From Candidatus Bathyarchaeota archaeon (GTDB lineage Archaea > Thermoproteota > Bathyarchaeia > Bathyarchaeales > Bathycorpusculaceae): a DNA stretch of 64,000 nucleotides. The position numbers and the translations under genes are program-made. The stretch covers positions 1,568,001-1,632,000 of the forward strand of contig OY970176.1 in NCBI GenBank assembly GCA_963707955.1, read 5' to 3'. How positions within the stretch are numbered: position 1 is the stretch's first letter; every line of letters starts with the position of its first letter. The notes below the pieces were generated by a model that was not told the origin of the DNA, did no database searches, and saw only the letters and a program-made list of their open reading frames with translations. Shown here piece by piece: positions 30,321 to 41,119 of the stretch.

Positions 30321-31880
30321 TTGAAGAAAGGCATTTTGATTCTGCTGATTGGGTTACTTTTGCTGCTCACGTTTTCCTTTGTGAGATTTAGAGTATATGT
30401 GTATGCAAGCCCGGGCGTTATCTATGTTCCAGCCAACGGAACGATCCAAGCAACCATAAACAATGCAAGTTCAGGCGACACGATAATCGTTCCAAGCGGC
30501 ACCTACCGTGAAAGTCTCAGCATCAACAAGAGTCTATCCATTGTCGGAGAAAACAGAACGACCACGATTATCGATGGCGATGGTGCCGACAACGTGATAT
30601 CAATAAGCAGCGACAACGTGACCATTGAAAGTCTGACCATCACTAAGACCACCTCAGGGCTTTCTGGCGGCGGGATACTTGTGTCACGAAGCACCGGGGT
30701 CGTCATAAATGACACCCAGATCACGAACACTAGCACTGGGCTTACTCTTGACTTGACCACCAACTGCGCTTTTTCGGACGACGTTATTGCCAATAACACC
30801 AACGCAGTTTTGATCTATGGTTCAAGCAGCAATGTTTTTTCAAGCAACGCTGTTTTAGACAACTCTCTCGGCGTCGTCTTTAGTGGCTACCTTAACAACA
30901 ACCTGTTTTCTGGTAACACGTTTTCAGATAATATTGTTGACGTTTTTCTTTCCTCAGACAGCAACGGGAACGTCTTTTACCACAACAACTTTTTGGACGA
31001 AAATCCCATTCAAGTAAATGCGCCGTCAACAAACGTCTGGAGTCGTGAGGGTGAGGGAAATTACTGGGCTAACTACAATTTTTCTGGACCCAGCACAGGC
31101 GGGATTGGAGATGAACCCTACTACATAGATAAGAACAACCAGGACAACTACCCCTTGATGGGAGTCTTTTCCAGCTACGACATAACATACAACAACGAGG
31201 AGTTTCAGGTAACCATTATCAGCAATTCCACGGTTACTGATTTCACGTTTGAGGTTAGCAGAGAAACGGGCTACAATATAGTCAGCTTCAGTGCTCTTGG
31301 GGAAGACGATACATTCGGTTTCTGTAGGATGACGATTCCGAAGTCGTTGATGTACTACCCGTTAATCATTGTGGATAGTGAAGGAGAGGTCGCAACGTCT
31401 TTATTGAGCGCCTCAGATAACGCAACTACTTATTTGTATTTCACCTATCCCCATGGGGACCAGAGCATCACTGTAATCTCTTCAGAAGCATTACAATTGC
31501 AGAGCGAGCTGAATGACGAGTATGCAGAGCTTCAAGCAGACTTTGACAGCTTGAACGCAACGTACCAGGCTGAGATCGCCAACGTGAACTCCACGTATGA
31601 GGCTCTGCTAAACAGCTTTGGCCTGTTGCTGCAAAACTTCAGCCAACTGCAGAGTAACTATTTGGCGTTGAACTCGTCTTTACAGAACAACTTGGCGAAT
31701 CAGTCTCAAAGCATGCAAAACATTCATAATCTCACGTACATCTTTGCGGCAACAACAGCAGCCTTCTTAATAACCACGGTATACCTGTCAACGCGCGCTA
31801 ATGGAAACAGAAAGCCGAAGGCCCGTGCCTTTGAAGAAGAAGGGCAAGCGAGAAGAACTGCCTTCGTTGAAGAACATTGA
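30321..31880 (+). CDS. NosD/CASH beta-helix surface glycoprotein
   Basis: TIQATINNA..GDTIIV..GTYRE, N-rich repeats, GNYW, DNYPLM; coiled coil and C-terminal TM. Confidence 0.85.
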   Translation: MKKGILILLIGLLLLLTFSFVRFRVYVYASPGVIYVPANGTIQATINNASSGDTIIVPSGTYRESLSINKSLSIVGENRTTTIIDGDGADNVISISSDNVTIESLTITKTTSGLSGGGILVSRSTGVVINDTQITNTSTGLTLDLTTNCAFSDDVIANNTNAVLIYGSSSNVFSSNAVLDNSLGVVFSGYLNNNLFSGNTFSDNIVDVFLSSDSNGNVFYHNNFLDENPIQVNAPSTNVWSREGEGNYWANYNFSGPSTGGIGDEPYYIDKNNQDNYPLMGVFSSYDITYNNEEFQVTIISNSTVTDFTFEVSRETGYNIVSFSALGEDDTFGFCRMTIPKSLMYYPLIIVDSEGEVATSLLSASDNATTYLYFTYPHGDQSITVISSEALQLQSELNDEYAELQADFDSLNATYQAEIANVNSTYEALLNSFGLLLQNFSQLQSNYLALNSSLQNNLANQSQSMQNIHNLTYIFAATTAAFLITTVYLSTRANGNRKPKARAFEEEGQARRTAFVEEH

Positions 31881-31933
31881 GCAAGGGATATATTTAGACT
31901 TACAATAATTCTCTGCAAGATTTTCTGAACACT

Positions 31934-32010
31934 GCGGTCGTAGTCTAGCATGGCCAGGACATCGGCCTCCCACGCCGACGACCCGGGTTCAAATCCCGGC
32001 GACCGCACCA
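31934..32010 (+). tRNA. tRNA-Gly(CCC) with encoded CCA
   Basis: GCGGTCG/CGACCGC acceptor stem, TCGGC-CTCCCAC-GCCGA anticodon arm, GGTTCAAATCC T arm. Confidence 0.97.
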
Positions 32011-32266
32011 CGCCTTCTGCTGAAGCTTCTGTTCAGAAGTCTCCACGCACAGGTCGGTGCGTGACAAGAGGAGTCTGATGCGCCATGACCGCTGTTGTTG
32101 CTGTGTTGAGCTTTGCCCAGGGACGATATATGTTTGTGTTCGCGTTTTCGCAAATCGTCTATTCCACATGCCCCCTTCTCCATAAGCTGTCCTTCATTTG
32201 ATAGCTGTGCAGGCCTTTTCTAGGATTGATAGATTGGCAATAGTAGTGGATAGTCGTATGCTGATT

Positions 32267-33188
32267 TCAACACATACCAAGTTTCTTCAAGTCGCTGAGT
32301 GTTGGCAGGCCACTTCTCGCGCCCATGGCAGTGATGGACCTTGAGGCGACGAAATTGCCTATTTTTCCCGCTTCATTGATGTTCTTGCCGGAGAGTAGCC
32401 CGAATATGAAGCCAGCGTCGAAAGCGTCGCCAGCTCCGGTGGTGTCCACAACCTTGACTTTGAAGGGTTCCACCAAGTGGCTTTCATCTCTGTCTATGAC
32501 GTAGCATCCTTTGCTTCCCAGCTTTACAGCTAAGACTTCAACACCTTCATCAATTAGCAATCGTGCGCCTGCTTTATAGTCAGTCTTGCCTGTTAGCAAT
32601 GCAATTTCACCTGCGTTTGGCATCATTACAGAGGTCTTGTCTATAATGGGCTCTAGTTTCGTTAATCCGATTCCTGCGTACAGTGCTCCAGGGTCGAAGC
32701 TCACTCTGACCTCTTTTGGCAGCTGGCCAACAATTTTCTTCTGCGTTTCGAATGACTGTTTTCCAACAAAGGATGATAAATGCAAGAACCTAGTGCTTGA
32801 CGCATATTCACTGTCTATTTGGTCAAGTCTTATTGTGTCGTTCACGCCTGGGTCGATGTACAATGCGCGTTCTCCCCCTTTGCCCACGAAACCCATCACT
32901 TTGCCGCTTCTTCCCGTCGTCGCAACCGTTACGCCTCTTGTGTCAACGCCTTCTTTTCGAAAATCTTGAAGCAGCATTCTTCCTTCAGCGTCGCTGGCAA
33001 CCTTACCGATGAAACCCACCTTGCAGCCAAGTCTCGCCAAGGCCACCATGGTGTTTGCCGCTGAAACCGCCGCAAGCCTCTGAGTGATCGACTACAAAAC
33101 TTTCTTCCTCGGCAACGGCTATTCTGTTCACCTTAAACAGCTTGTCAACGTTGAGGGCGCCGAATCCTACGGCATCGAGTTTGCTCAT
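32267..33188 (-). pseudogene. PfkB/ribokinase-family kinase (EhaT-like), +1 frameshift at 33064-33066
   Basis: Removing one T restores GGSAANT; DTTGAGDAF motif; may be a sequencing error. Confidence 0.85.
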
Positions 33189-34099
33189 CGAAACAGCTCT
33201 TTCAAATTTATCTTGTAGTCGCCCAACTTTCCACCGTAGTTTCCTGCAGAAATCCTCACCACGCCATCAACGCTCAACGCCGCTTCTATGCCGGCCTTCA
33301 TTGCTTTTCTAACCGCGTCCATGGAGATGCCGTTGATCACTATTTCTGGGATATAGTTGACGCCTTCTGGCACTTTGGACTCGCCTTTTAGCTTCCTTTT
33401 CAGGGAGGGGCAGTACGGATGGTTTGTGGTGGGTCCTATCAGCGGGAAACGTGTTTCAGTCTTCGACCCGGCTGAGCAGACGTCGAATGGTGTTGTTACG
33501 CCCTCAACCTGATGTATGGCTTCCAGTGCTTTCTTTCCGGCGTCGACTACTTGTTTTTTCGTTTTGCCCATGTACCAGAAGTTGCCGCCAGCGATTCCTC
33601 TCGCGTAGCCGATGTAGCGCTCTATGAGAAAGTCAGGCACCATGATTGGAACGACGATCACTTTTTTTCCGTATAGTTGCTCTTCCCACTCATACCCGTC
33701 TCCGCAGTGTCCAACCCTTTCCATCATGTCCATTTTCCCCTCAGGCTTCACGGACAAAGCGTCGAACACCGCTGTGAATGGTTTTACCAAGATATCTTGA
33801 CGAATTCGGTAGGAAAGCTCCTTTTCAAAACGGTCAAGCATGTTTTCTAAAGGTTTCCCTCTGTCTAGGCCCTTCCAGAACTGCAAGATTGCTCCTTTTC
33901 GGTCGTCGGGCGTTTCATTCTTCCCGAGCAGTCTTTCGACTCCGCTGTCAAGTCTGCCTATAACACCCGACGGCGTTGCGGTCGCATCGTCAGCAGCCTT
34001 CTTAACTGTCTCCTCGTCATCGGCGGTCACTATCACGCGACAGTATAATCCTGAAAAGGCTTCGGCATATGTGTCTTCAATCAAGTTTTTCTTGATCAA
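33185..34099 (-). CDS. Formylmethanofuran:H4MPT formyltransferase paralogue (Ftr-II/EhaS-like)
   Basis: [41 protein letters not shown]; divergent [12 protein letters not shown] segment. Confidence 0.88.
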   Translation of the reverse strand: MIKKNLIEDTYAEAFSGLYCRVIVTADDEETVKKAADDATATPSGVIGRLDSGVERLLGKNETPDDRKGAILQFWKGLDRGKPLENMLDRFEKELSYRIRQDILVKPFTAVFDALSVKPEGKMDMMERVGHCGDGYEWEEQLYGKKVIVVPIMVPDFLIERYIGYARGIAGGNFWYMGKTKKQVVDAGKKALEAIHQVEGVTTPFDVCSAGSKTETRFPLIGPTTNHPYCPSLKRKLKGESKVPEGVNYIPEIVINGISMDAVRKAMKAGIEAALSVDGVVRISAGNYGGKLGDYKINLKELFR

Positions 34100-34101
34100 A
34101 C

Positions 34102-35184
34102 CTATCCTAACCTGCTGATAGCTTCTCCTCTGACCTTCTTTCTAAACGCACTACTCTTCTTCGCTATGTCTCTCATGTTTTCTCTCGTTATTATTCTGGC
34201 TTTGGGCAGTTCTCGAGGATGCAGTTTGAGAAAACGTTCTCGCAAGTCCTTGTTCACTGAACTATTCTCTAGTGTTCTGCGATTCCATTTCGCCACTAGG
34301 TTTAGTGTTTTCGTTTTTCCGAACCTGATGAAAATGTCGGCGATCAGCGCTGTGGTCAAACTGTCCGCGGAGAGCAGTGCGATTTCAGCGTTTCTGACAG
34401 CGTATTGGTTCCCGTTGAATGAAATAGTCAGACCGCCGTTTTCCTTCACAAGCTTGAAGGCTTTCTCGTCAGTTATGCTGTCACCGACATACATCGTGTT
34501 CCTTAAATCCACGCGTTCCTTGCGTGTGATGTCCTTTATTGCTTCAGCTTTTTCTCTGCCGCCAACAGGTTTGACTTCAGAATAGATTTTTCCGATTGGC
34601 ATTTTGGCAATGGTTTTCCAGAAAATCTGGTCCAGCCTTCGAATTGTTGTCTGTGTCTCTTCTGGAAGGTCTTTTAGGCTCTTCGTTTCTGCTGGATTCT
34701 CGAACACGGGTAACTGCGCGATTTCACGGCCAGCCTTTTTTAAGCAGTCTTTCTCCTCTGAGGTTATGGTGTATGCGTCCAAGCTGAGTTTAGTGCAGTA
34801 GGTTTTCTCAAACGAAAACTCGAGAGCCTTGCATAAGGCCCTGATGTAATGTTCGTAGCTTGTGCTGATGATGTATGCCGGCGAAATGCTTCTCACGTGT
34901 CGAAGCAAGTTCCCTGCGTGTGCGATCAGGACGAGGTTTCTGGCAGAAAACTGCCTGATCTCCTCGTCTGTGACATCGTAAGCCTTGAGGAAGGGTAGCA
35001 CAAGCTTCAACGTGTCGCCTGCCTGGTAACCAGGTCTTCTCAACACGTCTGAAAGGGCATCATCATACCTGCTTACAACGGTGAAGAGTCTGTCGCCATG
35101 TGGGACAAAATGTGACAGCGTTTCGAGAGCGTTGTCGTTCTTCGAAATGGGTCCTTCACAGTCTGTGATGAAAAGCCTCTTCAC
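34102..35184 (-). CDS. HAD-superfamily protein (EhaR-like)
   Basis: [32 protein letters not shown]. Confidence 0.8.
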   Translation of the reverse strand: MKRLFITDCEGPISKNDNALETLSHFVPHGDRLFTVVSRYDDALSDVLRRPGYQAGDTLKLVLPFLKAYDVTDEEIRQFSARNLVLIAHAGNLLRHVRSISPAYIISTSYEHYIRALCKALEFSFEKTYCTKLSLDAYTITSEEKDCLKKAGREIAQLPVFENPAETKSLKDLPEETQTTIRRLDQIFWKTIAKMPIGKIYSEVKPVGGREKAEAIKDITRKERVDLRNTMYVGDSITDEKAFKLVKENGGLTISFNGNQYAVRNAEIALLSADSLTTALIADIFIRFGKTKTLNLVAKWNRRTLENSSVNKDLRERFLKLHPRELPKARIITRENMRDIAKKSSAFRKKVRGEAISRLG

Positions 35185-36608
35185 GACTTTCGCCTCAACT
35201 TCTCCATGTGTCTTACGCTCTTCTCTATGTGGTCTTCTGAGGCTATGTCGGTTCGATTCCAGAGGGCTCCACCCCGTATTGCCTTCAAGCCTTCAAGGGA
35301 GATCTGCCGAGCTTTTTCTATGCTTTCGCTGATCCCCACGGCGCACACAGCTCTGGATTTGAGGGCGAAGATCCTGCCGTCGCGTTTTTCCATTGATGCA
35401 GGGTAGATTCGAATATCGCCACCGTATTTCTTGCTCAGTTCATAAGCTCTGGTCAAGTCGACTGGTCTGTCAATGCTGTCTGCCTTGATAAGGCTTGGGA
35501 AGGTTTCTGCGTATCCGCCGTAGGAAGGTGGAGCCTTGTAGGTTACTACGGTCGCGGCTTTTTCTAATTGGAGCCTTGTCAAGTTTCCTTCCAACATTTT
35601 GAAGCAGACATCAATGAAATCATCCTTCAAAACGGGCATTATGTTGATTATCTCGGGGTCTCCTGGTCGACTGTTGTTCTCAAGAATCTTCAGTTTTCTG
35701 CGTGTGTGCATGAACGCAACGTAGAAAGGAACGCCTCGAAGGGCTGAGCTGTCTTCTTCTTTCCATTCTTGAAAGATCGTGTTGACGACGTTCAGCTCCT
35801 TGGCGCGATCAGCATCGGTCAGAAACGGCAACACGTCTCCGACGCCCTTGTACGAACCCATTCCTCCTGTGTTCGTTCCCTTATCGTCGTCGAACGCCCG
35901 TTTGTAGTCTCTTGTATCCGGCAGGGGTATGAGGTGTTTTCCGTCGCAGAACGCCTGAAAGCTTGATTCCTCTCCTTCGATTTTTTCTTCTATTATCACT
36001 GAACCGTGCTGGTAGTTTGAGAGGAAGTGCTCGAACAGCTGTTCTCGGTTCGTAAAGTCGTCACCCCAGACACCGACGCCCTTTCCAGCCGCTGGCTTGT
36101 CCGGCTTAACTACAGCTTGGTCAGCCAGTTTGTCGAGCCAATCGTAAACGTCCTTCTTGACTTCTGCAAGGGTTTTGTACTCTTTTGGGTTGAATATCTT
36201 GAAGCGCGGGTTGACTTCGGGGGCGACTCTTTTGAAAAAGAGCCGTTGTTGAACCTTGCTTCCCTCGATAGCGCATCGCTTTGTTGGACAGATCAGGGGT
36301 ATTCCTGTTCGTTTCTCTATGAGATCCCGTATTCCCTCGATTATCGGTTTTTCAGGGCCCACGATGCCGAAGTCAATTCTATGTTTATTCATCTCTGCGA
36401 ATTTGCAGATTTCCTCAACATTGAGGTCAGGTATTACAACGTGTTTTGTTGCCCTTTTCGCGTTGAAGGGGTTGCGTTGCTTATCGGCAACGTAGATCTC
36501 CACCTTGTAGTTTCGGCTGCGGGCGAAAGCGTCAACCATGGCTGCTTCTCTTGACCCATAAGAAACAACGAGTACGCCTACTTTTTCCATGAGTAACCCT
36601 TCTGCCAT
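35181..36608 (-). CDS. purD: Phosphoribosylamine-glycine ligase
   Basis: GPEKP, AAGKGV, GEESS, DYKRAFDDDKGTNTGGMGS, RPGDPE. Confidence 0.93.
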   Translation of the reverse strand: MAEGLLMEKVGVLVVSYGSREAAMVDAFARSRNYKVEIYVADKQRNPFNAKRATKHVVIPDLNVEEICKFAEMNKHRIDFGIVGPEKPIIEGIRDLIEKRTGIPLICPTKRCAIEGSKVQQRLFFKRVAPEVNPRFKIFNPKEYKTLAEVKKDVYDWLDKLADQAVVKPDKPAAGKGVGVWGDDFTNREQLFEHFLSNYQHGSVIIEEKIEGEESSFQAFCDGKHLIPLPDTRDYKRAFDDDKGTNTGGMGSYKGVGDVLPFLTDADRAKELNVVNTIFQEWKEEDSSALRGVPFYVAFMHTRRKLKILENNSRPGDPEIINIMPVLKDDFIDVCFKMLEGNLTRLQLEKAATVVTYKAPPSYGGYAETFPSLIKADSIDRPVDLTRAYELSKKYGGDIRIYPASMEKRDGRIFALKSRAVCAVGISESIEKARQISLEGLKAIRGGALWNRTDIASEDHIEKSVRHMEKLRRKS

Positions 36609-36637
36609 CGGATTGACCGTGAAGACCAGTTCTTGTG

Positions 36638-38143
36638 CTAGGCTCTTGGAACGGCTTCTTCCATTTCGTACAGTCTTTCTCTCTCTTCAAAACCCTGCAA
36701 GAACCGTTTCTTCATCTCATCGGCTATTGCTTGGGCCAGCGGTGTTGGATATTTGCCTGTTATGCACCCCGTGCACAACTCGTCTTGCTTAAACCCCGTT
36801 GCTTGTACCAAGCCTTCGAGTGACTGGTAGCACACTCCGTCTGCCCCTATGATCTTTGCGATTTCTTCTGTGCTGTGTTTTGAGCCTATGAGTTGGCCAT
36901 ATGTTGCCATGTCTATTCCGTACAGACATGGTCCGACTATCCGTGGAAAAGTAACGAAAACATATACTTTCTCGGCGCCCATCCTGCGCAATTTGTCAAC
37001 TATGACCCTTGTCGTGTCCCCTCTGACGATGCTGTCTTCGGTCACTATGATGCGTTTTCCTTCGATTCTGGGACCGAGGATGTTGATTTTCCTCTCTATC
37101 GTTGGGCTTCGGTCCTTGCTAAGTAGGATGAATGCCCTCTCGGTTACGTAGCGGTGTCTTCGTGAAGCCCTTTCCCATCTCAACCCAGAAGCTTCGTGAA
37201 CGCCGAGGGCCGAGTCGTCGCCTGTTTCAGGCACGGAAAGAATTATATCCGCGTCCTTGACAACCTTCGGATTCTCTCTCACGAGGTTTCTTCCAAATTC
37301 TTCACGAATCTCATAGACGTACTTGCTGTCAAACCGTGAGTCTGGCCTTGCAAAGTATGCGAATTCAAAGGCGCAGAAAGCCTTTCCTTTCCCGTTTACG
37401 AGCTTCTGCCTTTCAAACCCTTTGTTTGAAACCGTGACGAGCTCTCCCGGCTGCAGCTCGAAATCTCTTACGAAACCGTTTATGTCTAAACTGGCGGTTT
37501 CAGAAGAGAATGCATACGTTGAGTGGTCTTCGCTGTGGCCTGCGCACAACGGCCTTATTCCATGCGGGTCCTTAAAGGCGAAGAGATTGCCGTTTTGGTC
37601 TATGCACGCCACAGAAAAGGCTCCGTCGATTTCTTCCATACATGTCCCAACGGCGGATGTTAGATCCTTTCCTTTCAAGAGTTCGATCAGCAGTTTGTAG
37701 CAGATCAAATCTGCGTCGCATTCAGATGTAAACTGTGGAAACTCCTTGCATATCTCTTTTCGAAGCTCGAACGTGTTGACCACGTTGCCGTTGTATGAGA
37801 CGGCGAGCCCATGACCTTGTTTTGAAGCTGTCACTGGTTGCGTTCCTTCCACGAGCGATTTCTCGTCGCATTTTCCGGACGTTGTGTACCTCACGTTTCC
37901 AATGCCGACATTTCCAGGCAACCGGCCAAACCATTCTTGAATTGCGCTCGTTCTAATCTTCGGCACGAGGTCGAGGCTTCTGTGAACGTGGAACTTTCCA
38001 TCAAAATACGTGAGGAAACCATGAGACTGATGTCCCCTGTGGTTTTCAGCCCGTAAACCCCAATAAATGTATTGAAACACTGGCCGTTTATCGTAGTTTA
38101 CAGCTGCATATACTCCACATGCGATCTTCGGCTGGTCTCCCAT
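36638..38143 (-). CDS. purF: Amidophosphoribosyltransferase
   Basis: CGV N-terminus, HRG, VRYTTSG, YFARPDS, DSIVRG, Cys cluster. Confidence 0.95.
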   Translation of the reverse strand: MGDQPKIACGVYAAVNYDKRPVFQYIYWGLRAENHRGHQSHGFLTYFDGKFHVHRSLDLVPKIRTSAIQEWFGRLPGNVGIGNVRYTTSGKCDEKSLVEGTQPVTASKQGHGLAVSYNGNVVNTFELRKEICKEFPQFTSECDADLICYKLLIELLKGKDLTSAVGTCMEEIDGAFSVACIDQNGNLFAFKDPHGIRPLCAGHSEDHSTYAFSSETASLDINGFVRDFELQPGELVTVSNKGFERQKLVNGKGKAFCAFEFAYFARPDSRFDSKYVYEIREEFGRNLVRENPKVVKDADIILSVPETGDDSALGVHEASGLRWERASRRHRYVTERAFILLSKDRSPTIERKINILGPRIEGKRIIVTEDSIVRGDTTRVIVDKLRRMGAEKVYVFVTFPRIVGPCLYGIDMATYGQLIGSKHSTEEIAKIIGADGVCYQSLEGLVQATGFKQDELCTGCITGKYPTPLAQAIADEMKKRFLQGFEERERLYEMEEAVPRA

Positions 38144-38238
38144 GACTGGGCAGTAAGGGAACCGCTATTTATCAGTTTTGAGCACATTTTTAACTAAAAA
38201 CCATATCGGCTTTTACAAAAACAATGCTAATCGAAGTC

Positions 38239-39558
38239 TCATGGGGTCAGTCTGAACTTGTCTCGAGGATAAAGTGTGACTTCTCTAATGTTGTTCTTAC
38301 CTGTTAACATCATTGTCAGCCTTTCCAGACCTATTGCCCAACCTGCATGCGGCGGCATTCCATAATCAAAAGCTTGTAGGTGGTGCTTGAAGGCTTCTGG
38401 GCTCAGACCCTTCTCCCTAAGCCGCTTTATGAGCAGGTCTTTTGAGGCTATTCTCGTACCGCCTGAAACGAGCTCCAACCAGCGCCACATCAGGTCGAAG
38501 CCTTCAGAGATTTCGGGGCAGTCGTCACGCGGCTTTGTGTAGAAGGCTCTTGTCACCGTTGGCCAGTCAACTATGAAGTAGAAGTACGGATGAAGCTTGC
38601 CCAGCTTTCTATAGGCTGGTGTCGGTATGTCCTCTCCCCATGGAATCTCCATGCCTTCTCGGTTCAGTTCTTCGAGAACCTCAGAGTATTTTAATCGTTT
38701 GAAAGGAACGTCCGGCACCTTCAAGCTGTGTTTCAGCGTCTTCAGTTCCCTTTGACATTTTTCAGCGACGGTCCTGCAAACGTGCTGCATGAGCTGCTCA
38801 AGTATCTGCATTACATCTTCAGCTGTTGCGAAAGCCTGTTCGATGTCTATCGACACAAACTCGCTCAGGTGGCTCCGAGTGTGCGACTCTTCAGCTCTGA
38901 AAAAGGGTCCGATCTCGAAGACTTTTTCCAGGCTCATGACAAGCTCTTCTTTGTACAACTGCGGGCTTTGAGCCAGGTATGCTTTTCTGTCAAAATAGTC
39001 AAGCTGAAAGAGTGCGGAGCCTCCTTCTGTCGCTGAGGCAATTATGCGAGGCGTGTGCACCTCTAAGAAACCTCTTTCGAACAGGAAACCTCTGATTGCT
39101 TCTACCGCGGTGTGTTGGACCTTGAAGACCGCGATGTTTTTTTCTCGACACAAGTCTAGTGTTCGTGCTTCCAAGCACGTTTCGATACTTGCTGGGGTCT
39201 TGTCACAAATGTCTATTGGCAACTCTCGCGTGGCCGTGCTCAGAATCTTGATGTCCTCCGGTAGGACTTCGACGCCTCTTTGCGTCATGTCAGTCTTCTT
39301 CACCGTTCCTTTCACGGCTATGCTGTAGCGCCTCTGCAGTCCGTCGGACTTCGATATGACTTCGCTGGGGGCCTTCTTTCGAAGGATAGTGACTTGAATC
39401 GTGCCTTCCCTGTCCTGCAATATTATGAAGCGAATTCCACCCAGGTCTCTTATTTCCTGGATCCAACCGAAAAGGGTAACCTCTTGGCCGTCGAGGTCAG
39501 GTTTAACGTCAACAGAATAGTGCGTTCTGCGCCAATCATCAATGGAATCCAGTTTCAT
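38239..39558 (-). CDS. aspS: Aspartate-tRNA ligase
   Basis: YLAQSPQLYK, FRAEES, GMPPHAGWAIGLERL. Confidence 0.96.
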   Translation of the reverse strand: MKLDSIDDWRRTHYSVDVKPDLDGQEVTLFGWIQEIRDLGGIRFIILQDREGTIQVTILRKKAPSEVISKSDGLQRRYSIAVKGTVKKTDMTQRGVEVLPEDIKILSTATRELPIDICDKTPASIETCLEARTLDLCREKNIAVFKVQHTAVEAIRGFLFERGFLEVHTPRIIASATEGGSALFQLDYFDRKAYLAQSPQLYKEELVMSLEKVFEIGPFFRAEESHTRSHLSEFVSIDIEQAFATAEDVMQILEQLMQHVCRTVAEKCQRELKTLKHSLKVPDVPFKRLKYSEVLEELNREGMEIPWGEDIPTPAYRKLGKLHPYFYFIVDWPTVTRAFYTKPRDDCPEISEGFDLMWRWLELVSGGTRIASKDLLIKRLREKGLSPEAFKHHLQAFDYGMPPHAGWAIGLERLTMMLTGKNNIREVTLYPRDKFRLTP

Positions 39559-39579
39559 GAGAGCCTTTCACCGTGCTGC

Positions 39580-40089
39580 CTAGTCCGCAAACTCTACTCG
39601 CAACGTTATGTTGCGAACTCTACTGGCGATCTCCTTTAAAGCCTTTACATCAAAAGACGGGTGTGTTACACGTCTTCTTCGCAGAATAACTCGAGTTTCC
39701 ATGCTTCCGTCTGGCAACCATATCGTGTTAATCGTCATTATGCTGATTGGGGCAAAAAGGTCTTCTAGAAATTTTCTGTCATCAACGCCGTACTCTAAAA
39801 CACGAATGTTCTTGCCTGTCTCGTCGCCTATTGCTCTGACGATCTTCCCTCCGTAACCCAGAAGGCGGGGGACATCTCCGGGGCCAACCACTATCGCCAA
39901 GGTGCCGTCGGCATCGATTGCTTTGTGAAAGTATAAGTTTTGAAGAGAGGGGTACTTTTCCTCTAACGACATCATTATTCGGGCGATTTTCAGGTCAAGC
40001 TCGCTTATTTCTCCAGACTTTACTTTAGCTAAACACTTTTGGCACAGCATACCACTCTTTAGACAGAAACTGCAAAGCCCCATCTTCAA
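39580..40089 (-). CDS. Archaeal NusA-like KH protein with N-terminal Cys cluster
   Basis: CSFCLKSGMLCQKC; LLGYGGKIV KH motif. Confidence 0.75.
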   Translation of the reverse strand: MKMGLCSFCLKSGMLCQKCLAKVKSGEISELDLKIARIMMSLEEKYPSLQNLYFHKAIDADGTLAIVVGPGDVPRLLGYGGKIVRAIGDETGKNIRVLEYGVDDRKFLEDLFAPISIMTINTIWLPDGSMETRVILRRRRVTHPSFDVKALKEIASRVRNITLRVEFAD

Positions 40090-40155
40090 CTACAAAATCG
40101 CCCTCCGCGAACAAAGGAGGGGCGGCGGAGCATTGACCCTAGCGAGAAACGATTC

Positions 40156-40434
40156 CTAGCGTTCAAGCGAGATCTCGATTGTGCTCACGTTTGAAGGCGA
40201 GCCACCCTCTTCTCTGGGTGCCATCTGCTGTGTTCCAATGCCAACACTTTTGACTTTTACGTCCGGCAGGAATCTGCGTCTGACGACTTCGACGACATCG
40301 ACTGCTCGACTTATTGCTCTCCCTCGTGCCTTGACGTTCACTTCCTTCGCTCCGCCGTGAAAGAGGGTTATGCATGCCAGTACATAGTTCATTACTGGCT
40401 TGTTTCCGATCAGCACTGCGTTGCTATCAGACAT
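40156..40434 (-). CDS. albA: DNA/RNA-binding protein Alba
   Basis: [25 protein letters not shown]. Confidence 0.96.
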   Translation of the reverse strand: MSDSNAVLIGNKPVMNYVLACITLFHGGAKEVNVKARGRAISRAVDVVEVVRRRFLPDVKVKSVGIGTQQMAPREEGGSPSNVSTIEISLER

Positions 40435-40647
40435 TTTGTACCGCCTTACTCCTAAGTTTCATTTTTTCTCTAGGTTCGATAACCTTCCTTCTCGGCAAAT
40501 AAATACATTACGGTTTCAATTCGCAGTTGACAAAACGTCAAATCCCATCGCATTTAATCCAATTTGCCTCTGTCTTGCTAAAAACTTAAAAGAGAGCTAC
40601 TATTGTAAAACTCTGACTTAACAAACTACAACGATGAGGAACAGTGT

Positions 40648-41106
40648 ATGGAAACGCTCACAAGACGGTCAATGCAACTACTTCGAATGCTCTACGAAAG
40701 AGGCGAGTCTACAAGCACCTACACCCTTCGCTTGAAGCAAGACGAACTGGCAAAACAGCTTGGCATAAGCAGGCAGGCCTTGAACGTTCATCTGAGAAAA
40801 CTCAGGGATCTACACTACATACGTACAGGCAGAGGCTTCATAGACGTGACAGATCAGGGATTAAGCGCGCTTGGAATATCCTCTACACCCGCCTTCATTC
40901 TGATCAAGGTTTCACCGCTCAAAAGAAGTTACGTGTACGAGAAAGTCAAGGAACTTGCCGTTCAAAGGGCGTTTAGAATCGCAGGAGACGTTGACGCACT
41001 CGCCGTGGTTGACAGGGAGAAGCTTGATGAAGTATTGAAAAAGCTGTCTTCTGTTGATGGTATACAGGACACAAAGTCCTACGTCACGATAGAAGTCATA
41101 AGATGA
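40648..41106 (+). CDS. Lrp/AsnC family regulator
   Basis: HTH QDELAKQLGISRQAL; C-terminal RAM-like AGDVD. Confidence 0.85.
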   Translation: METLTRRSMQLLRMLYERGESTSTYTLRLKQDELAKQLGISRQALNVHLRKLRDLHYIRTGRGFIDVTDQGLSALGISSTPAFILIKVSPLKRSYVYEKVKELAVQRAFRIAGDVDALAVVDREKLDEVLKKLSSVDGIQDTKSYVTIEVIR

Positions 41107-41119
41107 GGGGGGCGAGGGG

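Noticed and set aside
31934-32010. tRNA-Gly as an integration site
   Set aside because: No duplicated tRNA 3' end or integrase seen in the window
33064-33066. Programmed frameshifting in the PfkB gene
   Set aside because: No slippery heptamer or evident stimulatory structure; an indel error or mutation is simpler
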